A DNA stretch of 64,000 bases from Antedon mediterranea (taxonomy: Eukaryota; Animalia; Echinodermata), in assembly GCF_964355755.1 (NCBI RefSeq), contig NC_092672.1, positions 29,828,437 to 29,892,436 of the forward strand. The letters are read 5' to 3'. Of the stretch, positions 50,422 through 62,200 are shown one piece after another; position 1 is the stretch's first letter; every line of letters begins with the position of its first letter. Made by a program: the position numbers and the translations under genes. Under the pieces are notes generated by a model, which ran no database searches, was not told the DNA's origin, and saw only the letters and a program-made list of their open reading frames with translations.

Positions 50422-53400
50422 ATGATGTATTTGTTTATTTGTTTTTGTTTTCTTTTCAACTTTTTGAATTCTCATGCGGGTGAGTTGATTTTTATTTTTT
50501 TCTTCAACTTATAGTAAGTACTAATATAAACATTTTGAAATGCTATGATAGGCCAACTTGATATGTATTCTTACATCTTCAGATTGGTGTTTTATGCATT
50601 TCAGTCAAAAAGAAACTTTTGCTAAAATGCATTTAAACATAGTAAACATATATTTAAAAACAACTAATTCATAAAAACATTCCAAATTTAATTACAATAT
50701 TTATGAGAATAGTAAAATGTATTTAAAACACTAATTCATATACAAAAAATATAATGTAATATTTATGAGAATATTTATTTTCGTGTGTTTAAAAAATGTA
50801 TGTAAATATTATGATATTTGCACTCTTCTGCTTTAAAATATAATGAATATAGTTCTTTGAAAGAGAATAAAAAAAAACGGTCTACATAATTTTAGATTCT
50901 TTTCTTTATTAAAGTACATTTTTCTTAAACAATTTTTAATAAACGTATTTGAAAGAAGTATAAAACTAATAATAAATTTAAGATAGAATAGAATTATGGG
51001 TACTTTTTAAAGAATCATCATTTATAACCAATTAAATCAAAATAGTAGATTTCTTAATAATTTATATAAGTGTTTGATTCCTTATAATTATCTCATGTAC
51101 TTAAATGCATAGCTCGTTGACAAATCTACATTTTGTAATAAAATAAAATCGTATTTCAACACTCATATCTTATGGAAAGCCAGCAACATCATTGTCTGTA
51201 TATCAAAGTTTTCTACCTGTATATTCGACTGACGGGAAGGAAAGAAACCCAGACTGTTTCCATTCAGGTGATAATATACTGTCTAGGCCACCGTAATCTA
51301 AAATAGATAGTTATGTACAACGATCCATATGATTATACCATCGAGAAATGAGTAATATTTCTCCATCCATTGTTATATACAAAATTCGCATGGGTTAGAC
51401 CTATTTGATTTGCGCGAGATGAAAATTGATACAAAGGCCAACAAAGGTATTTGGCGTTTTTCATCGATCTTGGCATAAAACTGATTCCATTCATGAAACT
51501 GCTATTTATTTAAGTGTCAAGAATTGTAATTGAGGAAATTTTATTTTCGGGCTATACTGGGCCACAACAACATGGCGAATATTTATTATTGGCCGCCTTG
51601 GCTATACGCTATTTAGAGCTATAACTAAAACAGATACAAATTCATAACATAAATATTTACATTTTTTAAAGGACAAACACAGGTTGGTGAATGGCTGAAA
51701 GTTGATCTTGGAGCCGACTATACGATTACAACAGTGGTCATCATTAATAAAATAAGTAAACTTATTTATCGCAATTAATAATATCATTTTCACCTTCAAT
51801 TCCACGTACAATTATCATTTTTATACGTATTTAACTTATCATTTGACCTAATAATATATAAAAATAATATAATATATTATAAATAATATATAAATATATA
51901 AAACAATATTATTGTTTTATATATTTGCACATTCTACCAAAGTAGTCAAGCCGCTTGTGAAAAACAAAAGAAAAACTAATCCGTAAACAGAACAAAAATT
52001 ACCAAATCTAGACAAAACTCCACATCAATCAATCAATCAATAATTTTTATTTCTCAAATAAAAACACAAAAAAACAGTTAACATTTTCTAAAAATAATAG
52101 ATAATAAATGAGAAAAAGGGGTACCCCACAGGAAGCTTAAGCTTTAAAATGTGGGGTCCTGGCAACATAATTAAAAGTAAGGTAAGGTAAGAAATATATA
52201 TAATATATGATAATGAACATAAAAAGACATTTAACTTAACAAATGCAGTTATTATTTGACTTAAGACAGATATATGATCAACTTAAATAATAATAGTAGA
52301 AACAAGGTATTCATGTAGTTTGAACTTAAATGAAGATATAAAATTAATAATTTTAATTTCATCAAGTAAAGAATTCCAAATTTTTGGTCCTTGAAGAGTT
52401 ATATCATGCTTGCCAACCTCCGTATTAAAAAAATCATAAGCATAATCAAATTTATTTCTGGTATTATAATTATGAACTGAACTAAAAGTTTGAAAATAAG
52501 TATCAAAAATTCTGGGCAGTTGATTATGTTTGAATTTAAACATAAATAAAGCAACATTTTTTGTAAGTAAGTCGTAAATATTAAGTGTATTAGATAAGAC
52601 AAAAAGAGGAGCAGAATGGTGGAGGTAATGAACATTATAAACTGATCTTAAAGCTCTTTTTTGCAAAATATAAATACGGTTTAAATTAATTTTTGAAGTA
52701 AAACCCCAAACGGTTATACCATAAATTAAATGTGGCAAAAAGAGTGATTTATAAATTAATAGTAAAACGGAGGAAGGCAAGGCATGTTTGAGTTTATTGA
52801 GGACACCGACCACTCTTGATAGTTTTAATGAAATTGTATTAATATGAGAAATAAAAGATAAGTATTCGTCAATAAAAATGCCAAGAAATGTTGTTGCTAA
52901 CTAAATTAGTTCTTTCAATTTCGCTGATGCCGTAATATAATTTAGGAATGTTGGGGGGGATTAGTTTATTAACTGAACGAAAAATAATAAATTTGGTTTT
53001 TTTAATATTTAACGAAAGCTTATTTGATTTTAACCAGTTTGCAATTTTAGTAAGTTCTTGATTCATTAAAATAATAGCTTGGTAGATGTCCTTATGATTA
53101 ATAAATAAACTTGTATCATCTGCAAACATAACAATTTCAGCACAATCACTAATATAATTTAAATCATTAATAAATAACAGAAATAAAAGCGGACCAAGGA
53201 TGGATCCCTGTGGAACACCACACGAAACTGGCCGCAGCTCAGAGACAATATCATTGATTGATATATATTGATGTCTGTTACTTAAATAATTTTCAAACCA
53301 CTTAAGTGGTATACCTCTTATACCATAGAAACGTAACTTATTAATTAAAATATCATGAGAAATACAATCAAAAGCCTTTGACAGGTCAATAAAAACTCCT

Positions 53401-56400
53401 AAAGTAAATTGTTTATTGTCAATAGCAGACAAAATATTATGGATTGAATGATGGATGGCATGTATTGTAGAATGTTGGGAACGAAAACCAAACTGAGAAT
53501 TGCTGAGGATGTTAAACTTTGTAAGAAATGAAATAGTTTGATCATAAACTATTCTTTCAAGTAGTTTAGAAATAGTTGGCAAGATGGAGATGGGCCTATA
53601 GTTATTGATATTTGAGACCTCACCACCTTTATGGATGGGTACAACTTTAGCAATTTTCATTGCATTTGGAACCACACCCTTTACTAAAGACATGTTCATT
53701 ATGAATGTTAGTGGTATAGCTAATGCCAATGGACATATCTTTAGTATATATGGACCAATGTTATCAAAACCAGGAGCTGTTGATTTTAAATTATTTATGT
53801 ATGTTACTAATTCTTGTTCACATACAGGTTTGAAAAATAATGATGAAGGAAAATTACCCTGAAGGAAATCATTGTAAGGTTGAACAATGCCATTGAATGG
53901 AGTATTCGAAAAAGAATTTGCAATATTTGAGAAAAATGAATTAAAAGCTTCGGCTTTTTCTTTGTCATTTGTATATTCACATTGACCATTTATTAGTTTA
54001 GCTGGGAATGAATTTTTCCTTTTTCTACCCATTACATTATTAATTTCGCGCCATGTACTTTTCATATCACCTTCACATTTACCAAATACATTGTTATAGT
54101 GCTCTTGTTTACTATATCTAATAATACTATTTAGTTTGTTTCTATAACAACAATATTTTTTCCAATGTGAAGGTGATGACGAAGCTTTATATCTAGCATA
54201 CAGCTTTTGCCTGGTTTTGATTGACTTGGCTATACCTTCAGTTATCCAAGGTGATTTGAGCTTGTTTGCTCGAGTACGAATATTTTGCAGTGGAAAATGT
54301 CTGTTTATACAATCGTTAAGTATGTTATTAAAACTAGAAAAAGCTATGTTTACATCACTTTGTTCAAGTACTTCATTCCAGCTTATGTTATTTACATTTT
54401 CAATGAATTCTTGTTTAGATATATCATTGTAAATACGTTTCTTAATGAATTTAGGTGGTTTTTTTTTAATATGGAAGGATGAGTTAATACAAAATGTGAG
54501 AAAATGATCAGATAAATCGACAGTAAATATTCCGGATGTGAAAGAGGGATACAAGGATTCAATATTACAGTAGATATTATCAATAATAGTAGAGCTATGC
54601 AAGGTAATTCGGGTTGGATTAGTAATAACAGGCTGAAATGAATGACTGAAAATATTATCAATGTGATCCTGGACATATTGATCAGTACTAAGAAGGTTGA
54701 TGTTAAAATCACCAGCTAAGTATGCCATTTTTTTATCTTCATTAATAATTTTCATGACTGATGATAGGTCCATATTTAAGGTGTTAGCGTTGGTGTCAGG
54801 TGGACGGTATATAATTCCACATAACTGCTTTCCGTTTACTATAGTACAAAACTCACATTTGTTTGTTAGTTATGTGAGCGTCTCACTAGACAATACAAAT
54901 CAGTAGGGTGGGGACGGACGCATTTTGTATAATTATTTGTACTCTATGAAATGATGACTTTTTGGCTTTTCCTGTTGTTGTTGCCGCCAAACAATGGGCC
55001 AGAATTCATTTATGACTTTGGTTTTTTTCTCCTTCTTTCTTATAGCCCACTTTTAATCATTCTTTCATATCCTAACATAATAATTAGAATTCTCCCTTTA
55101 TATAAACCATTATTATCTAACATATTTAACATTTGTCCACTTAAATTATTTATGTTATTTTCTGAACAAACAAGACTTATTCAAATTATGTGTCAAATCA
55201 TGATTTTACCAACAATTCATGACCAAAGAATATGGGTGGTTTATTATACTTTGTGATGTATCATTCCTTAACCAGTAAAACAATTTCGTCAATGGATTTG
55301 GACCACTGTGTGCCGCAGTCATTATTGATCGTTATGTTATTCATTTTTTTTATCGTTACGGTATCATTATAGATCGTTACGGTATCGTTATCGATGTCAC
55401 TATCACTATTGATATCAATATTATTATGATCATCATTACTTAAATCTTACGTACATCTTAACTTAATTAAATATTTATAAACAGCTCCATCTGATTTTAA
55501 CAATGAACGAATTTCTGGTGCTGTGGTAACTATTAAAACGGATGATATGAGTACAGAAACCACGTGTGGTCATACTGTAACAATTGCCGATTCGTTACGC
55601 GCTCCATTGATTCAATTTACCTGCAACCCACCAATCAGAGGACGCTACGTGAAACTATGGTTTCCGAATAAAATGGAATTCATTACCATTTGTGAAATTA
55701 AGGTCTACACAGATGATTTAAGCCAAGGTAAGTTGTTAGATAAACCTTTTTTAGATATAGTAGGCCTATTATTTTTACTTTGTTGTTTTTGTTATTTTCT
55801 TTGTTTAACTGCCCGATATAACGACACCTACACCAGTTGAAAGTTTTCGTCCTGAATTATTTTTTTTGGATATACAAAAAGGCAATGTCTATTGATTTTC
55901 TGGAAAATCGATATATTGGTGATGTCACAAAAGTAAAAAATAGAATATCCGAATCTTTAATAAGGGATCGAAATATTAAATATCGCGCCCTCTTTTGATC
56001 TCCCCTTTTTGTCAAGCGCTTAACTTATCTTTGTATTACTTCTTTTTCAGTTTTAATAATTTAGTTATACTCATGTACGACAAGCCAATGTACAGAGACG
56101 AGAGTGGGAAAAGATTTTTTCATAATTTTATAACTTGATATAATATATTTCAATAAACACAGAAAACCGTTAATAATTTGTTCATATGATACCAAAATTA
56201 GCCTATTCTACGTAGGTCATTTGATGTTCTAAATTTTACAGAGCCTCAGTGTGCAACTCCAATCCAAGTCAGTCCATTGAACAAGACTTTCCATTTACAA
56301 GACATATCTGGCAATGGAAATTACTTAAGTGGATCGCCTGATATAGCATTTACTACTGGTATTTATGGCGAGCAAGATGGAGCAGTATTGATAAACAAAG

Positions 56401-57471
56401 ATATTGGTTCGCAAATAACATTACTCTATGGACACAAAGGCCCAACTTTTACATTGGCTTTCTATGTTTTCATGAACGACAATTCGAAAAAGGCCTTCGT
56501 TTATTCCAACTCATTTGAAATTATATTTGCGTTTCCTGTTGATCATCTGTTTCATGTGTCAGAGGTAGCGGTTAATTACAACTTGTATGGTGAAGTTATT
56601 CGTTGCAATGTCATGCGTTCTGAAGAGTGGACATTCTTTGCTCTTACATTCAACGGATTCGAAAGAAAAATACGACTTTGGCGAAACGGGGAGATTGCTT
56701 GTATGACTGATACGGAATTCTCGGAAATCAATTTTGGAAGCATTGTGTTTGGTTGTGACGAGAGTGTAATGAAGATGGCTAAGCTACAGGTTTACCGTGA
56801 GAGCCTTGATGAATATGAGATCAAAGAAGCGAGAGACCTGCACAATGTTATTAGAAGTAAGAATTATTGTCTTTAGTAAATAGACATACACATCAGTTAA
56901 TGATTATGATTATCAGTTGAAATCATTGTAATCATCACCATATTCACTATCAGTGTCATCATCATCATCATCATCATCATCATAAATGTATTCATTTTAT
57001 TTATTGTTTTGTTATCGTTATTATCAACATAATTATATATTCATTGTATTCTTGTTGTTTCTGGTGTTGGAGTCATAACTCCTTTTATGTATATTTTTTA
57101 TCCTTTCTAAAATTAGTACTATAGTTAATAGTAAGGTATTTTCTAATAACAATGCCGTTTTTACTGTCGCCTTCGTCCTTTTATTTTGATTTAAATGAAA
57201 TATATATTTTTATTATTTTGCAGGTGATGAATGCTCGAAACCAAACCTTTTCCACGTCCACGTTTCCACAACTGGAAATGCGCTACCATCGGTTATAAGC
57301 CGTTCTTCTACACACTCGGAGGTCTTCTGCGTATTGAGATGTCGCAGAAACATAAATTGTTTTGGAATTATTTATGATCACAAAACAAAAAGCTGTGAAG
57401 AATTTAACGGAAATAATTTGTTAAATATTGAGACAGATTTAATTCGCAAGTACTACGTAGCAGTTCGGTAA
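50422..57471 (+). pseudogene. Copy 7 of the lectin-LamG-PAN gene; exon 2 acceptor mutated (pseudogene or exon-skipped variant)
   Basis: Exons 50422-50479, 51160-51267 (acceptor TTTCAG>TTTCAA), 51672-51755, 55485-55727, 56242-56856, 57224-57471. Reading frames are otherwise open; twin of copy 3. Confidence 0.72.
52026..54815 (-). mobile_element. 5'-truncated L2/CR1-group LINE (partial APE endonuclease plus RT) in intron 3 of copy 7
   Basis: 7-bp TSD TCCACAT (52019-52025, 54816-54822) and (TGAT)n tail. Motifs YRPP..GDFN..DNI..SDH, NYRPIS, QFGFR, DLSKAFD, GVPQGSILGP, FADDT. Frameshift near 52870 between ORFs 52869-54773 and 52283-52813. Confidence 0.93.
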
Positions 57472-59392
57472 ACTAATTGCAAGTTTAAAATTGTGATTTA
57501 GGCCTACTATTACCGAAAATATAGTAAAAGGCTACGTGGCTTTCTATCTCCCTAAAATTTATTGTGCAAAAAAGTACATAGTAATTTCATTTTTACTATT
57601 TTAAAATATTTCGAACGCGGCAGCATTGATACAAATCAAAATTGACTTGGAAAATAAAACATCACAGATCGCTTTATATTACTGATATCGATTTTATTTA
57701 ATATTGGGGATGATTTAACATTTGGGAGAAAATCTGTCTAAAGATTATTAAATTAAATTATTAAAATTATTAAAATATGTTCTTGGTCAGGCAATTATCT
57801 TTTGATAGCGTCATCACGTCTACAAATTTGATTGACCTTGGTAACGTAATGTCACGTGTATTATGAATGGTTTATTATTCTACGTGTCATTCAAAGTATA
57901 TTGCGCCCCCTTTCGCTCTTATAGCTGAATTGTATTATCATCAGAAAAATAATATTTAAAAAAACATAAGCTTTCATAAAGAAATATGATATATATTAAT
58001 TGTATTATGCTGGACTCTGTAACTAAATAAAGTTTTTACATAAAAAAGAAATAACAATACAAATAAAGGAATCAAAATAAAAGAAACATGAGACAGACAG
58101 CAAATATTTCAGGACAGTTTCAAAGAAAGGAAGTTGTTCCTGTTAATTCTGACTAAATTAAATGTTTAGTAAATGTAGTCAGTAAACACATTTAAAGTCA
58201 TTTAAACAATTAGTATTAGCAGATAAATGTGATATTTAAGGTTGTATATTGTTTGTTATTACATTAAATTAGATATATATTGTACCACGATGACAGTTGT
58301 AGCCGATAGATAAAATAATTAACTAAATACAAATAACAACAAAATAAATCAATCATTTTTTTTTTCATTTGTTCACTTTTGAAAAAATGTAAAATATCAT
58401 AACACATTAAGATTAAAGGAAAGGAAATATTCAAAAAAGGTTCCAATTCCACGAATTGAAAAAATGACGTTTTGTTTAATATGGCTAATAATAGAGATTT
58501 TTAGATAAGAATTTCCCTTCTCATCAATCAAAGGTTTTAATTCTGTTTTCAATTTTTACAAAAACTTTTATCTTGAATGTTTTGAACTTGATCGTTTGTA
58601 TATTATTCGTTTTATTATAATAGAACTTAAAATACATTTAAAGTCAATTATAAAGTTTGCTAGTGTCTATTTATGCAACTTGTTTTCTGCAGATTGTCGA
58701 AGTTTGTCAACGGGTTTGTACTTGTAAACTTTTGAAAACCTTTCTTGATAAACTCGGAGTTTCCTCGAGTTTACAGTTCTTAGGTTTACATCATTAGGTA
58801 AAACAAAAGTTTATTAAGTAGAAAACGTTTACATTTTTTACTATGTTTTAAGAAATTATATTTTATTTTCGCCTAGACTGTTCGATTCACAATATCACAA
58901 TATAACTTGCTCTTTTGTGTTTCAACTTTATTCTGTTTTGAACTCGTCTGTTGTAGAATATAATATTAACTAAATTTAATGAAAATATAGTAAATACGTC
59001 ATTATTGAGAGGCTGTAGCTAATTAGAATACGAAAATCCATCGAGATCAATGGCCATTTTTGAAATGTAGAGAAGTCTTATGCGTTGCTGACGTCAAATA
59101 GAAATAAATAGTTAATTAATATTGATACATTACAGCCGGTAATCTATAGTTTGGCCTAAAATATTAACAATTTTTACATTTTATGGTCACAATAAATGGT
59201 AATTATCTCTTAAATTTTTTAACACATCATACATACTCACGTTTGTATTGTTTGTCTTGTTGTTTGAATATGTATGCAAGCGTAGTAGGATTACAATGTC
59301 AGTTTATTAACAGAAAGAATGTAACCAACATACATTCTTCGGAAATAGTAACAAGTCAATCCGTTTTACAAGAGAAAAACTTAAGCGAACTC

Positions 59393-61999
59393 ATGATGTA
59401 TTTGTTTATTTGTTTTTGTTTTCTTTTCAACTTTTTGAATTCTCATGCGGGTGAGTTGATTCTTATTTTTTTCTTCAAATAGGTAGTACTAATACAAATT
59501 GTTGTTTTGTGCATTTAAGTAAAAAAAAATTGGTATTTTTTTGGCTAAAATGCAACTAATTCATAACAAGGCCAACAGCCATTAAGTCGCGTGCTACAAT
59601 GCATAGTGATACCGGACCGACAGACAGACTGACAGACCGACAGACAGACCGACCGACATAGTGAACTAGAGAGTCGCGTCCACGCGACTAAAAACATTCC
59701 AAATTCAATTACAATATTTATGAGAATAGTAAATAATGTATTTAAAACACTAATTCATATAGAAAAAAAATATCATGTAATATTAATGAGAATATTTATT
59801 TTCGTGTGTTTAAAAAATGTATGTAAATATTTGATATTTGCAGTCTTCTGCTTTAAAATATAATGAATATAGTTCTTTGAATGCAAAAAGAATGAAAAAA
59901 CGGTCTTCATAATTTTAGATTCTTTTCTTTATTAAAAAATAATGCGTATACATTTTTCTTAGGTACATTTTTTAATAAACGTATTTGAAAGAAATATAAA
60001 AACTAATAATAAATTTGACATTCATAGCTAATAGAATAGAATTTTGGAACGACGATAAAGGCATCATGCACATATCTCTACTTTTTAAAGAATTATTTGT
60101 AACCAATTAAATCAAAATAATAGATTTCTCAATAATTTAAATAAGTGTTTGATTCCTTATACTTATCTCATATATGTACTATAATCCATAGCTCGTTGAC
60201 AAATCTACACTTTGTAACGAAATAAAATTTATTTCAGCACTCATATCTTATGGGAAGCCAGCAACATCATTGTCTGTATATCCAGGTTCTTCACCTGTAT
60301 ATTCGACTGACGGGAAGGAAAGAACATACTGTTTCCATTCAGGTGATATACAGTCTAGACCACCGTAATTTAAAATAAATAATTATGTACAGCGATCCAT
60401 ATATGGTTATACCATGGAGAAATAAGTTATATTTCTCCATCCATGGTTATATACGAAATTCGCATGGGTTAGGCCTATTTGGTTTGCGCGAGATGAACAT
60501 TGATACAAAGGGCAACAAAGGGATTTGGCGTTTTTTCATCGATTTTGGCATAAAACTGATTCCATTCGTGAAACTGTAACAGGTTCAGCTATTGAAGTGT
60601 CAAGAATTGCAATTGAGGAAATTTTATTTTCGGGCTATACCGGGCCACAAAAATATGGCGAATATTTACTATTGGCCGCCTTGGCTATACGGTATTTAGG
60701 GCTATAACTTTACGTAAACAGATACAAATTCATAACATAAAATATTTACATTTGTTAAAGCAAAAACACAGGTTGCTGAATGGCTGAAAGTTGATCTTGG
60801 AGCAAACTATACGATTACAACCGTGGTCATCGTTAATAGAATAAGTAAACTTTTTTATCGCAATTATTAATGTCATTTTCACCTTCCATTCCACGTAGGC
60901 CTACAATTATCATTTTTATACGTATTTAAATTATCATTTTACCTAATAAATATAAAAATAATATAATATATTATAAATAATATATAAATATATAAAACAA
61001 TATTATTGTTTTATATATTTGCACATTCTACGAAAGTAGTCAAGCCGCTTGTGGAAAACAAAAGAAAAACTAATCCGTAAACAAAACAAAAAATACCAAA
61101 TCTAGACAAAACTCCACATAACTGCTTTCTGTTTACTATAGTACAAAACTCACATTTGTTTGTTAATTATGTAAGCATCTCACTAGACAATACAAATCAG
61201 TAGGCTGGGGACGGACGCATTTTGTATAATTATTTGTGAAATGATGACTCTTTGGCTTTTTCTGTTGTTGTTGCGGCCAAACAATGGGCCAGAATTCAAA
61301 CTCTTTTGACTTTATGACATTTTGTTTTGTCCTTTTTTATAGCCCACTTTTATTCATTCTTTCCTGCATATCCTAACATAATATTTAGAATTCTCTTTTT
61401 CGTTGTATAAACCATTATTATCTAACATATTTAACATTTGTCCACTTAAATTCTTTATGTTAATTTCTGAACAAACAAGACTTATTCAAAGTATGTGTCA
61501 AATCATGATTTTACTAACAATTCATGACCACGTGATGTTTCATTCCTTAACCAGTAAAACAATTTCATCAATAGATTTGACCCACTGTGTGCCGCAGTCA
61601 TTATTGATCGTTATGGTATTCATTGTTTATCGTTACGGTATCATTATCAATCGTTACGGTATCGTTATCGATATTGATGTCACTATCAGTATTGATCAAT
61701 ATTATTATGATCATCATTACTTAAATCTTACGTACATCTTAACTAAATATTTATAAACAGCTTCATCTGATTTTAACAATAAACGAATTGCTGGTGCTGT
61801 GGTAACGATTAAAACGGATGATAATGAGTACACAAACCACGTGTGGTCATACTGTAACAATTGCCGATTCGTTACGCGCTCCATTGATTGAATTTACCTG
61901 CAACCCACCAATCAGAGGACGCTATGTGAAACTATGGTTTCCGAATAAAAAGGAATACATTACCATTTGTGAAATTAAGGTCTACACAGATGATTTAAG
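59393..61999 (+). pseudogene. Copy 8 (exons 1-4; the rest lies beyond the window), pseudogene
   Basis: Exons 59393-59450, 60238-60342, 60761-60844, 61761-61999. Same +A frameshift as copy 2 plus a 5-nt deletion before the exon 4 donor. Confidence 0.85.
59565..59689 (-). mobile_element. DINE-1/HINE-like element (duplicate of 15735-15859)
   Basis: Same sequence and same insertion site as in copy 2. Confidence 0.75.
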
Positions 62000-62200
62000 G
62001 TAAGTGGTTAGATAGGCCTAGTTTTTTTTTATAATAGGCCTTTTATTATTTCTTTGTTTAATTGCCCAATATAACGACACCAGCTTAAAGTTTTCGTCCT
62101 GAATTATTTTTTTTGGATATACAAAGATGCAATGACTATTGATTTTCAGGAAAATCGAAATATTGGTGATGTCACAAAAGTGAAAAATGGAGTATCTGTA

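Noticed and set aside
16556-60707. Recurring intron ORFs (MYSDPYMV..., MYKPLLSN..., MVTINGNY...)
   Set aside because: They recur only through array duplication and are broken by frameshifting indels between copies. Only the MMYLFICF..HAG part is a real exon.
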